From positions 1 to 64,000 of the forward strand of contig JAHLWR010000021.1 of NCBI GenBank assembly GCA_019057815.1: 64,000 nt of DNA, in the 5' to 3' direction. Of this stretch, positions 40,931 to 50,340 are shown in pieces. The translations under genes were made by a program, and so were the position numbers. Under the pieces are notes generated by a model that was not told the DNA's origin, ran no database searches, and saw only the letters and a program-made list of their open reading frames with translations. Source of the DNA: Candidatus Heimdallarchaeota archaeon (GTDB taxonomy: Archaea > Asgardarchaeota > Heimdallarchaeia > Heimdallarchaeales > Heimdallarchaeaceae). Within the stretch, counting starts at the first letter, position 1. Each line of letters opens with the position of its first letter.

Positions 40931-41680
40931 TCAAACCTTTTGTATTTTTTTGTGATCAAATAGTTTCTTAAACCAAGATGGTTGAAAATACCCAATAAAC
41001 GCAAAAGGGGCTGAAATCAGTAAGAATGAATGTCCAATGAAATAATAAATTGTGTAATCACCAAAATTTTTTGAATAAAAAACATCAAGAACAACAAAAA
41101 TAAACGAAATAATATTGATTAAACCATAATAACCAATAAATTGAGCAGAAACTTTTCTAAGAACATTCTTCTCTCTATAAGCAGCACGAAATGCATAAAA
41201 GAATGTGAGTCCACAACAGATGATTGAAATAACCCCATAGATTCCATTTACAATAACGCCCATTGCAGCTTCATGTCCTGACCCCTGCTCATAAATTGGG
41301 TAAATTATTAATTGAACAAGCATAGAACCAAAACTAAGACCTAAGAAAAAACTAACCATCAATAGAATAGATTTGTTATTCCTAAAGAACAATTGTTGAA
41401 GGAATGCAATAATAAAGAAATTTCCTATTACACTGCATAGAATCCCAAAAACAGCGAAAGGGTGTGTATAATAATTCTCAATTTCATATAAATAAACAGC
41501 AAATCTACCTAAAAAAATTGATAAAATTCCGAATAAATACCAACTGAAAGATAGTAAAAGAAGAAGTGTAATATTTGATTTTTTAAGAACATAGCGTTTT
41601 ACTAGGTAAAATACTATAATTGCTCCAATAATGAAAGTAATTCCTTCTATAATTACCGCGCCAATTGGAATGGAACTCAT
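40931..41680 (-). CDS. 7TM membrane protein
   Basis: Seven hydrophobic segments; GYFQPSWFKK amphipathic tail. Confidence 0.75.
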   Translation of the reverse strand: MSSIPIGAVIIEGITFIIGAIIVFYLVKRYVLKKSNITLLLLLSFSWYLFGILSIFLGRFAVYLYEIENYYTHPFAVFGILCSVIGNFFIIAFLQQLFFRNNKSILLMVSFFLGLSFGSMLVQLIIYPIYEQGSGHEAAMGVIVNGIYGVISIICCGLTFFYAFRAAYREKNVLRKVSAQFIGYYGLINIISFIFVVLDVFYSKNFGDYTIYYFIGHSFLLISAPFAFIGYFQPSWFKKLFDHKKIQKV

Positions 41681-41681
41681 A

Positions 41682-42311
41682 TTATTTCCTCTCCAATAAA
41701 TAAGAACTACTAAATTGATAAATTAAGAAACAAGCAACTATAACATATGATCGAGTAGCGATATACTCAAAAATGGGATTTCCTTGAATGATTGAAAAGA
41801 TGAAAAAGAATATTGAAATATTAGAGAAAAGGTTAAAACCAATAAATGGTAAAACCTTGTGAAAATAGCTTTTTTGATTGCGTAATCTTAAAATTAAATT
41901 AATATATACAATCACTGAGGGAATAGTGATGAAAGTATAAACTACTAATAAAAGTGTAACGTTCAAATCTTGTTGATTATCAAGAAACACAGCTAATAGT
42001 GTGCCGAGAGCACCCGTAAGTATAAAAAGCAATCCTGAACCCATAATAAGATTCCTAGGGAGATAGAGTGTTTTTAATAATAAGATAGTCCAAAGGAATT
42101 GATGGGCAAACCAAACAAATAATATTACTACTGTGTCATCTATGAATAATTGCATGATTGAGGAACAAATATAAGCTGATATCCATAAACAACCAAGCAA
42201 TGATAACATACGGCGTTTAGTAATTACTTTATAAATTAAAAAAAACAGATAAATAATTGATAAGGTTGTAACAACATAGATGTTGACGATGAGTTGAATG
42301 CTAACAGCCAT
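41682..42311 (-). CDS. 7TM membrane protein
   Basis: About seven hydrophobic segments; tightly packed against both neighbours. Confidence 0.7.
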   Translation of the reverse strand: MAVSIQLIVNIYVVTTLSIIYLFFLIYKVITKRRMLSLLGCLWISAYICSSIMQLFIDDTVVILFVWFAHQFLWTILLLKTLYLPRNLIMGSGLLFILTGALGTLLAVFLDNQQDLNVTLLLVVYTFITIPSVIVYINLILRLRNQKSYFHKVLPFIGFNLFSNISIFFFIFSIIQGNPIFEYIATRSYVIVACFLIYQFSSSYLLERK

Positions 42312-42316
42312 CAGCC

Positions 42317-42808
42317 TCACCAAAGAGCATCATCAAGTAAATCTAATCCTGTTTTCTCTTCTTCTTGATTTCCAATAGATAATTCAAAGGAGACGTCTTC
42401 AGATAAGTCTATATTTATCGTGGATTGTTCAAAAATTCGATGTAATTGAGGAAGAATTTTTTTAAGGGAATCAATTGTAATTAAATTGTGAAGTTCAAGT
42501 TGAGCTACTAACTGCTCTAGAATACTACGATAAGGAACAGCATTTTCATCTCTTTCTAGTAAAAAACCAATAGAAACAAAAATATCGCGAGGATCCAAAA
42601 CACCTTCGGGAGCAGGAACAGTAAGCAAAAGACTAGCTATCTGATAATTACCAAGATGAACAGAAATAAAATCACCTTTATTACCTGCCATAGGCATACT
42701 TTTTAGTGATATTTCTTTCTCCTCACTTTCAGAAAATGACATTCTTGGTATTGTTAATATTATTTTAGGTCCCATTGTTAAGAATGCAGTAAGAAAAACT
42801 GCTTTCAT
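42317..42808 (-). CDS. Longin/uDENN-like domain protein
   Basis: N-terminal VFLTAFLTMGPKIILTIP resembles the NPRL2/uDENN F-x3/4-GP-x5-P hairpin, followed by a helix ending in MP and three strands. Confidence 0.55.
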   Translation of the reverse strand: MKAVFLTAFLTMGPKIILTIPRMSFSESEEKEISLKSMPMAGNKGDFISVHLGNYQIASLLLTVPAPEGVLDPRDIFVSIGFLLERDENAVPYRSILEQLVAQLELHNLITIDSLKKILPQLHRIFEQSTINIDLSEDVSFELSIGNQEEEKTGLDLLDDALW

Positions 42809-42962
42809 AACCTCTAAAAGTGTATATTTATTATAAAAGTTTGCGAAATGTTTTTCTGAATTCTTCTATTTTTCTTTTTATCAGTATTATTTTGTTTTCT
42901 TTTTTGTAACAGAAGATACTTTAATTAGAAAAATTGATATGTTCATATAATCTATTATATCT

Positions 42963-44171
42963 ATGAAGGCTAAGTATCTTTTTTTCCTAATAATCTCTTT
43001 TATTCTAATGTCTAGCTTGACTAATGGTAATACCATGGAACATCCTGAAGTTATTGAAGAATCAAATCTTTCATTTTATTCAGATTTAGGTTGGCATCTT
43101 AAAAGAATAGATGTAGAAGGAGCCTGGGAGATTACAAAAGGTTCAAAGAACATTGTTGTCGCAGTTATCGATTCAGGGATAGATTTTTCACATCCTGATT
43201 TAATTGGTATTGAGTGGATAAATACGGGAGAAGTTGCAAATAATAGCATTGATGATGATGGTAATGGCTTTGTTGATGATATGAATGGCTGGGATTTCGT
43301 TTCAGGTGATAATATTCCTGGACCAGAAGATATCGATCCTATCCACTGGCATGCAACCTTTATAGCAGGTATAATTGCAGCACCAGCAGATAACTATGGT
43401 GTGGTCGGTGTTGCTCCTAATGTTACAATTATGGATATAAGAGTTTTAAAAGCAGATAATTACAAGGGAACAACTTATGAGGGTTTTGGTGACTCTATAA
43501 GGTATGCTGTTGATAATGGTGCAGATGTTATAAGCATGAGTCTGCATTACTATGCTAATGATTCTTCTTATTACGACGATATACAGTACGCTTATGAAAA
43601 TAATGTATCACTGGTTTCAATAACTGGAAATAATAACGTTGAATATGGAGGAGGATTTGAATATCAGTCTTTTCCAGGAGGATATGACGAAGTTATATCC
43701 GTTGGTGCAACAAATTTTTTTAATGAGAAAGCTGACTACAGCAACTATGGTAATTGGACAGAGCTAGTAGCTCCTGTAGGTGATCAAGAATATGATGTAA
43801 TAAATCAATTAATTCGAAGCTGTCACACTCCATATGATGTTGATCCTTATTATTATGGTTATGGAACATCGTTTGCATGTCCTCAGGTTGCAGGAGTGAT
43901 AGCTTTAATGAAATCGCTGAAACAGGATTTAAGTAACGATGAAGTTAGAGAAATTCTAATCAAAACGGCTATTGATTTGGGAGATCCAGGTAAAGATGAT
44001 TTCTTCGGTTACGGAATGGTCAACGCTTCTGCTGCAGTATTAGAGGTATACGAAAGATACATACAGATTGAAACTACAACAGAAACAACATTGCCGTTTG
44101 CTTTTTCTTGTTTTGTAATAGCTCCTTTAATAGTAATTGTAATTACTATAATAAAGAGGAAAAAGAACTAA
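42963..44171 (+). CDS. Membrane-anchored S8 subtilase
   Basis: VIDSG, HATFIAG, GTSFACP; LPF-TM-KRKK tail. Confidence 0.93.
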   Translation: MKAKYLFFLIISFILMSSLTNGNTMEHPEVIEESNLSFYSDLGWHLKRIDVEGAWEITKGSKNIVVAVIDSGIDFSHPDLIGIEWINTGEVANNSIDDDGNGFVDDMNGWDFVSGDNIPGPEDIDPIHWHATFIAGIIAAPADNYGVVGVAPNVTIMDIRVLKADNYKGTTYEGFGDSIRYAVDNGADVISMSLHYYANDSSYYDDIQYAYENNVSLVSITGNNNVEYGGGFEYQSFPGGYDEVISVGATNFFNEKADYSNYGNWTELVAPVGDQEYDVINQLIRSCHTPYDVDPYYYGYGTSFACPQVAGVIALMKSLKQDLSNDEVREILIKTAIDLGDPGKDDFFGYGMVNASAAVLEVYERYIQIETTTETTLPFAFSCFVIAPLIVIVITIIKRKKN

Positions 44172-44193
44172 CTTTCCTTTTCCTCTTTTTTTG

Positions 44194-44212
44194 TGTGTCC
44201 CTAGAAACACAA
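44194..44212. promoter_or_regulatory. Putative palindromic operator TGTGT-N8-ACACA, copy 1
   Basis: TGTGTCCCTAGAAACACAA; same motif at 46515-46533. Confidence 0.55.
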
Positions 44213-44271
44213 GAAGAATTATTATTGTTTTATTTATTAAGTATACTAATAATAGTAAAAGGTAATGTATA

Positions 44272-46470
44272 ATGAGCAAAATTAGTAGTGTACTTCAGAA
44301 GAAGATTATTATTCCTATTGTATCTGTTGTAGCAACAGTAGTTATTATTACAAGTTTAATAATCTATATTCCACAACTTCAAGATAATGGTAATGGTAAT
44401 GGTGATACAAGTTCTTTTCTTATTCCTAATACAGCTTCAACACATCTTATTATTAGTACTTTAGAAACACCTTTTGGAACATATTCTCCCTTAACCTTGG
44501 ATTATGATCCATCAATAATTCCTACCGAAATTAACGCTGGTTTATCAAATGTTGATAAACAAGGATTGCATTTTTCATCTGAAGTTGAAGCTCTTCTAGA
44601 GCAATATGGATTTGCGCTTGTTGACGAGGGAGTGCAGGATATTTTTGAACTCTATAATGGTGAAACATATAATATACCTAAATTCATTACAACTGATTTA
44701 TGTTTACATACGTATCACGTGTTGTATGATATAAGCTTAAGAATACTCGAAGTAGAACACTTCTTTGATGATTTTGAAACTATGCTTTTTGCGCTTCGTG
44801 ATTCACAGATAAATCTAAAATCTACAGTAAGCAACCCAGAAGTAATTAATGCTTTAAACAAAAATATTGCTTATCTATCAATTATGCTATATCTCCTAAA
44901 TGAAACTAATTCAATACCAAGTGAAATAAGTGGTTTAGTTTCTGCGGAATTAGATAAAATAGATCAAGGTGTTAGAGCTGAATCAGCAATCTTCGGATAT
45001 GATGAGGATTTCACCCAGTATAAAATCAGAGGGCACTATACAAGAAATGATATCCTAGGTAATTATTTCAAAGCCATGATGTATGCCGGTAGAATGAGTT
45101 TCTTGCTTCAAAGCCCAGGTGGAGATCCTGAAATGGGGATTGACCATACTCGTATGGCTATGTTGTTAATATCAAGTTTTAATACATCAATCGCTTTAGA
45201 TACTGTTTGGGATTACTGGGATAAACTTTATCAACCAACAGCATTCTATGTAGGTGCTTGTGACGATTTAACTCCCTATGAATATTACAGAATTTGGCTT
45301 AATCATAGCTCTCCCATCGGTGATTCACTGGCTGATGAAGATTTAATACTTGAAATAATTGAAGATGCTAAGAATTATAGAAAACCCAAAATCAACTCAA
45401 TGGTTGGAATTGTTAGCAATGCTGAAGATAATACTCAAGGATTTAGACTAATGGGACAAAGGTTCATACCTGATTCTTATATTTTCCAACAGTTAGTTGA
45501 TGACAAAGTAGGTGGAAGACTTATGCCAACAGGGTTAGATGTTTTCTCAGTATTTGGAAGTCCAAGAGCTGATTATTATATGAGAGCAGAGAATGAAACA
45601 TACCCTAATTATGATGATCAAATTTTCAAACTCCGTGTAGAATTTGGAAATCTTACTGATTATGATTGGACACAAAATCTCTACTGGTTGTGGTTATACT
45701 CTCTCTTTCCACTTCTAGAACCTGCTGAAGTAGGTTATCCTGGATTCATGCTCAGTGATGCCTGGTCAGACAAAGCTCTTATGACAGCTATGGGGTCATG
45801 GGCTGAACTCAGACACGATACCATACTCTATGCTAAACAATCTTATACGCTGGAAGCTGCTGCTTTTGTTTCAGGTTACTTAGAGCCTTATCCTGAAGTT
45901 TATGCGAGGTTAGCTAGCTTGGTTCGATTGATGCAAGATGGATTAGACAGTAGAGGTTTATTATCTACAGTTTTTGAAAGCAAGTTCGAAAGTTTAGCTA
46001 ATATTTTTGATAGATTTGTTGAAATCAGTATTAAAGAGCTTCAGAATCAACCCTTGAACGGATCAGAATTGGTTTTCATAAATAGAGTGGGTGAAACATT
46101 AGGATATATTGCAAGTTTTTACGATCCAGAAATCGATCCTTATACGAGTGAAGCTGATGACAGAACAGCTGTAATTGCAGCTGTACATACCGATCCTAAC
46201 TCTGGCACAGTTTTAGAGGTAGGAGTAGGTAATCCTTATACTATCTATGTTGTAGTTCAGGATTCTGATGGTAATTTGAAACTTACAAGAGGTGGAACAT
46301 TTAGCTATTATGAATTCACTCAACCCATGGAAGACAGATTAACCGACGAGCAATGGCAGGAAATGCTAGATACGACTCCACCTGACATTCCTGATTGGAT
46401 GCAAGAAGAACTTCCTATTACTCTTCAAGGTGCTTTAGTTTCAATGGTTATTTCAAGAAAAGAATCTTAA
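44272..46470 (+). CDS. DUF3160 domain protein, paralog 1
   Basis: FITTD, RGHYT, FRLMGQRFIPD, SWAELRHDTILYAKQ, RLTDEQW. Confidence 0.9.
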   Translation: MSKISSVLQKKIIIPIVSVVATVVIITSLIIYIPQLQDNGNGNGDTSSFLIPNTASTHLIISTLETPFGTYSPLTLDYDPSIIPTEINAGLSNVDKQGLHFSSEVEALLEQYGFALVDEGVQDIFELYNGETYNIPKFITTDLCLHTYHVLYDISLRILEVEHFFDDFETMLFALRDSQINLKSTVSNPEVINALNKNIAYLSIMLYLLNETNSIPSEISGLVSAELDKIDQGVRAESAIFGYDEDFTQYKIRGHYTRNDILGNYFKAMMYAGRMSFLLQSPGGDPEMGIDHTRMAMLLISSFNTSIALDTVWDYWDKLYQPTAFYVGACDDLTPYEYYRIWLNHSSPIGDSLADEDLILEIIEDAKNYRKPKINSMVGIVSNAEDNTQGFRLMGQRFIPDSYIFQQLVDDKVGGRLMPTGLDVFSVFGSPRADYYMRAENETYPNYDDQIFKLRVEFGNLTDYDWTQNLYWLWLYSLFPLLEPAEVGYPGFMLSDAWSDKALMTAMGSWAELRHDTILYAKQSYTLEAAAFVSGYLEPYPEVYARLASLVRLMQDGLDSRGLLSTVFESKFESLANIFDRFVEISIKELQNQPLNGSELVFINRVGETLGYIASFYDPEIDPYTSEADDRTAVIAAVHTDPNSGTVLEVGVGNPYTIYVVVQDSDGNLKLTRGGTFSYYEFTQPMEDRLTDEQWQEMLDTTPPDIPDWMQEELPITLQGALVSMVISRKES

Positions 46471-46514
46471 TTTCTTAACTCTTCTTTTTTCTTTTCCTTT
46501 TAATAAGTTGCATT

Positions 46515-46533
46515 TGTGTCTTCTTAAACACAA
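46515..46533. promoter_or_regulatory. Putative palindromic operator TGTGT-N8-ACACA, copy 2
   Basis: TGTGTCTTCTTAAACACAA. Confidence 0.55.
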
Positions 46534-46582
46534 TAAGTGTTAATAGTTATTCTCATAATTGTAATTTAAGTAGGTATTTAGT

Positions 46583-48778
46583 ATGAAAATCCTCCATAAA
46601 AGATTATTGTATATTCTATCTTCTTTAGTAGTTTCTGCAGCAATAATAACAAATTTGGTTATTTTCTTACCACATAATCAAACACCTAATTTGTTTGATT
46701 GGGAAGGTGAACCAATTATTGCTAATACAGCTGCTAAATTCCAAATATCTTCTTCCGTGTCAACTTCCTTTGGGTCTTATAATCCATCTAGTTTAGATTA
46801 TATTCCTTCCGTGGTTGTTACTGAGGAAGTTAAACCAGGTCTTGAAAATGTTGATCTGCAGGGATTATCTGTTTCACCAGAAATAGCGGAATTACTAGCA
46901 CAGTATCATTTCGCTATTGACGCTTCTACGACCGTAAAAGATATCTATGAAGTCTATGATTCAGAAAACGCTGATCCATTCTTTATTACAACAGATTTGT
47001 GTTTACACACTTACCATGTATTATATGATATTAGTTTAAGAATAATGGAAGCTGAAAAATTCTTCGATGATTTTGAATTAATGCTTATGACATTAAGAAA
47101 TTCCCAAATTGTGCTAAATGGAACGGTTTCTGAAAATATTGTTCATGATGCAATTAACAAAAATGTCGCTTTTCTTTCAGTTATGCTCTATCTTCTAAAT
47201 GAAACGAATACAATCCCTATTGAAGTATATGATTTGACTACTACTGAACTTGCAAATATTAATAAAAGTGTAGGGGCTACTTCAGCAATCTTTGGTTATG
47301 AAGAAGATTTTACTCAATATAAAGTCAGAGGGCATTACACTCGAACTGAAACGTTAGGAAATTACTTTCAAGCAATGATGTATGCTGGGAGAATGGGTTT
47401 TCTGTTGCAAAGTCCTACTGGAGATCCCGAAATGGGTATAGAACATACTCGTATGGCTATGTTGTTAATTTCAGGTTTTAACGATTCTATAGGCGATTTT
47501 ACAGTCTGGGATTACTGGAATAGAATTTACGATCCTACTGTATTCTATGTTGGAGCAAGTGACGATTTAATGGCTTTAGAGTATTATCAAATTTGGATAA
47601 ACAATTCTGCTCCTGAGGGTGATGCTTTAGCTGAAGAATTAGTAGTCCAACAGATAATTTCTGATGCTAAAAATTACAGGAAACCGCAAATAAATTCTAT
47701 GTTTATTTTTGAAACTGAAGATCATGAAGAAGTTACTCAAGGATTCCGATTGATGGGTCAACGATTTATCCCCGATTCTTACATCTTCCAACAACTAGTG
47801 CATACTAAAGTAAATGGGAGACTTATGCCTTCTGGTTTGGATGTTTTCTCAGTTTTTGGTAGCCCAAGAGCTGCTTATTATCAACAAACTGAAAATGAAA
47901 CTTATCCAGATTATCATCAGCAAGTGCTAAAACTTCGTCACGAATTCAACAACCTAACAGTATATGATTGGACTCAGAACCTCTACTGGTTGTGGTTGTA
48001 CTCTCTCTTTCCCCTCCTAGAACCTGCATCAGAGGGTTATCCTGGATTCATGTTAAATGATGCTTGGTCAGATAAAGCTTTGATGACTGCTTTAAGTTCA
48101 TGGGCAGAATTACGTCATGATACTATTCTATATGCTAAGCAATCATACACTTATGCAACTGGAATTCCAACTCCACCCCCAACTAGAACAGGTTATATAG
48201 AACCTTACCCTGAAGTTTATGCTAGGCTAGCAAGCTTAGTAAGATTAATGCAAAATGGTTTAAGTTCTAGAGGTCTGTTATTAGAACAATTTGTTTCTAA
48301 ACTCTCAAATCTCGCTGATTATCTGGACAAATTAACTGAACTTAGTATTAAAGAATTGAAAAATGAAGACCTAAATGAGCAAGATATTGAGTTTATTGAG
48401 AATATTGGAGATTCTATGGCTAGTATAGTTGATTTTGCCAGTTTAAATGCAGATCCTTATACTTCAGAAGCAGATGAGAGGACGGCTATAATTGCTGATG
48501 TGCATACTGACCCAAATTCAGGAACAGTTCTTGAGGTTGGTACCGGGAATCCTTTCATCATTTATGTCATAGTTCAAGATCAAGATGGTAACTATAGGCT
48601 GACTAGAGGAGCAGTTTTCTCCTACTATGAATTTACTCATCCAATGAATGACAGACTAACTGACGAACAATGGCAAGAAATGCTTGATACTAACCCTCCC
48701 GAATTACCTTCGTGGATAACAGAATCTCTACCAATGAGCACAATTTCTACAATTGTTATGGTTAGAAAAGAAGACTAA
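46583..48778 (+). CDS. DUF3160 domain protein, paralog 2
   Basis: Same motifs as paralog 1; tandem duplicate. Confidence 0.9.
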   Translation: MKILHKRLLYILSSLVVSAAIITNLVIFLPHNQTPNLFDWEGEPIIANTAAKFQISSSVSTSFGSYNPSSLDYIPSVVVTEEVKPGLENVDLQGLSVSPEIAELLAQYHFAIDASTTVKDIYEVYDSENADPFFITTDLCLHTYHVLYDISLRIMEAEKFFDDFELMLMTLRNSQIVLNGTVSENIVHDAINKNVAFLSVMLYLLNETNTIPIEVYDLTTTELANINKSVGATSAIFGYEEDFTQYKVRGHYTRTETLGNYFQAMMYAGRMGFLLQSPTGDPEMGIEHTRMAMLLISGFNDSIGDFTVWDYWNRIYDPTVFYVGASDDLMALEYYQIWINNSAPEGDALAEELVVQQIISDAKNYRKPQINSMFIFETEDHEEVTQGFRLMGQRFIPDSYIFQQLVHTKVNGRLMPSGLDVFSVFGSPRAAYYQQTENETYPDYHQQVLKLRHEFNNLTVYDWTQNLYWLWLYSLFPLLEPASEGYPGFMLNDAWSDKALMTALSSWAELRHDTILYAKQSYTYATGIPTPPPTRTGYIEPYPEVYARLASLVRLMQNGLSSRGLLLEQFVSKLSNLADYLDKLTELSIKELKNEDLNEQDIEFIENIGDSMASIVDFASLNADPYTSEADERTAIIADVHTDPNSGTVLEVGTGNPFIIYVIVQDQDGNYRLTRGAVFSYYEFTHPMNDRLTDEQWQEMLDTNPPELPSWITESLPMSTISTIVMVRKED

Positions 48779-48876
48779 GTTTTCCTTCTTTTATCTGTTT
48801 TTTTCTTTTTTCAAGAAAAATTGATATATTGTAAATTTAAAAACTGTTTTACAGAGGAATTATTTGAGGAATAGTA

Positions 48877-49536
48877 TTGAATAATGATGCCCTATTAGAA
48901 AAAATTCAGAATCAAATCCCTAATTTCAGAGATTTGGCTGAATTCAATCATTCTTATATCAAACCGAATATGATTTACAGATCCTCATCGCCTATATTTT
49001 ATCAATCCCTAGAACTTCTTGAGGATTTTCGTAGTTTGGGAATTCGGAATATAATGGATTTGCGGTCTGTTATTGAAATAGGTAATTCCTCATATGATGA
49101 TTTTTTTATTAGTGCAATCAAATACAATTGGATACATTTAGATATAAGCTTCCCTCCTAAAATAATGGCTGAAAAGGGTTTAACTCATCTATCTTTGTAC
49201 AAACAATTTTGCTGGTATACCCTTTTTTACAATAAAACCCAGATTAGAAAAATATTCTCCCTTCTAGCTGATGATTTGAGTTATAGAATAATAATTCATT
49301 GCCATGCAGGAAGGGATAGAACGGGAGTAGTCTCTTCCCTGATACTTTTGCTTATGAGAGCTCCTGTTGTTAATATTATTCAAGATTACCTAGCTACTGA
49401 TACACTTACAAAGAGTGAAGACATCGAATATATCTTAAAGATGGTTGAAGAAGTTGGGGGAATCAATGCCTATCTTAATGATTGTGGCATTGATGGAGCT
49501 GTTCAACAAAAAATTAGGCAATATTTACTACCATGA
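48877..49536 (+). CDS. Tyrosine/lipid phosphatase (IphP/Y_phosphatase3-like)
   Basis: NFRDL, YRSS, DLRS, HCHAGRDRTG, DYLAT. Confidence 0.9.
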   Translation: MNNDALLEKIQNQIPNFRDLAEFNHSYIKPNMIYRSSSPIFYQSLELLEDFRSLGIRNIMDLRSVIEIGNSSYDDFFISAIKYNWIHLDISFPPKIMAEKGLTHLSLYKQFCWYTLFYNKTQIRKIFSLLADDLSYRIIIHCHAGRDRTGVVSSLILLLMRAPVVNIIQDYLATDTLTKSEDIEYILKMVEEVGGINAYLNDCGIDGAVQQKIRQYLLP

Positions 49537-50014
49537 TTTTCTTTCTATGTCTGCGAATAGTTTTCTTAGTGCTAGATTTCTTTACATCTGTCCTTTTCTA
49601 GAGTGTGAAATGAATTGCAGAAAGATGATATATCAAAATATACTGGATCTACCAAAGATAAATCAATTTCTGAATTGGAAATCTAGGCTACTATTATTCT
49701 CAATATCTGGTTCAGTTAGCTGATATAGCGATTGTCAAGATGGGTAAATGGTCAGCAATCGTTCTATTCCTTTGCATTGTGACCTCAGGTCGCTTTTTAG
49801 CTTCTCTAGGTTTTCTCTTTATTAAAGAACCAGAAAAAACGATTCTAACTTAGTTTCTTGTTATTACATTATTTTAACCTCTCAGCAATTTAATAGAAAA
49901 TTAATATCAGATGAAAAAGTATTAGAAATACTAAATGAATGTATATATTGCCATATTTTGGGTACTCTCTACTTAATAAAAGATAACTGGAATTAATATG
50001 GTGATTGTGATAAC

Positions 50015-50212
50015 ATGGGTCACTTTGAAGGGTATATAAAAATAAAGATTAAAGAATTAGAAGATTTAGAAGCCCTAGCAAAAGAATACGAAAGAAAAGC
50101 TCAAAATTTGTTTGACCAAGGTAAGAAAATTGCTGCAGATGAGATGTTAAAGAAGAGAGCTAAAATTCTGAAACGAATTTCTAAACAAAAAGCACGTTTT
50201 GAGAAAGTTTAA
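50015..50212 (+). CDS. Small basic helical-hairpin protein
   Basis: 65 aa; GGTGA upstream; coiled-coil pattern. Confidence 0.65.
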   Translation: MGHFEGYIKIKIKELEDLEALAKEYERKAQNLFDQGKKIAADEMLKKRAKILKRISKQKARFEKV

Positions 50213-50340
50213 AATTCTTAAGAAACCAGTTCTTCAAGAGCTTAACTGATTTCTAATCCAAGTAGTGTAGAATTATTGATCTTTGCATTGAGAATAAGAA
50301 TGAATTTATATTTGATGGTTGATAGATTCCTTTGGATATC

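Noticed and set aside
49537-49850. ORF 49445-49723 and a short GTGACCTCAGGTCGC hairpin
   Set aside because: No recognisable product or repeat partner.
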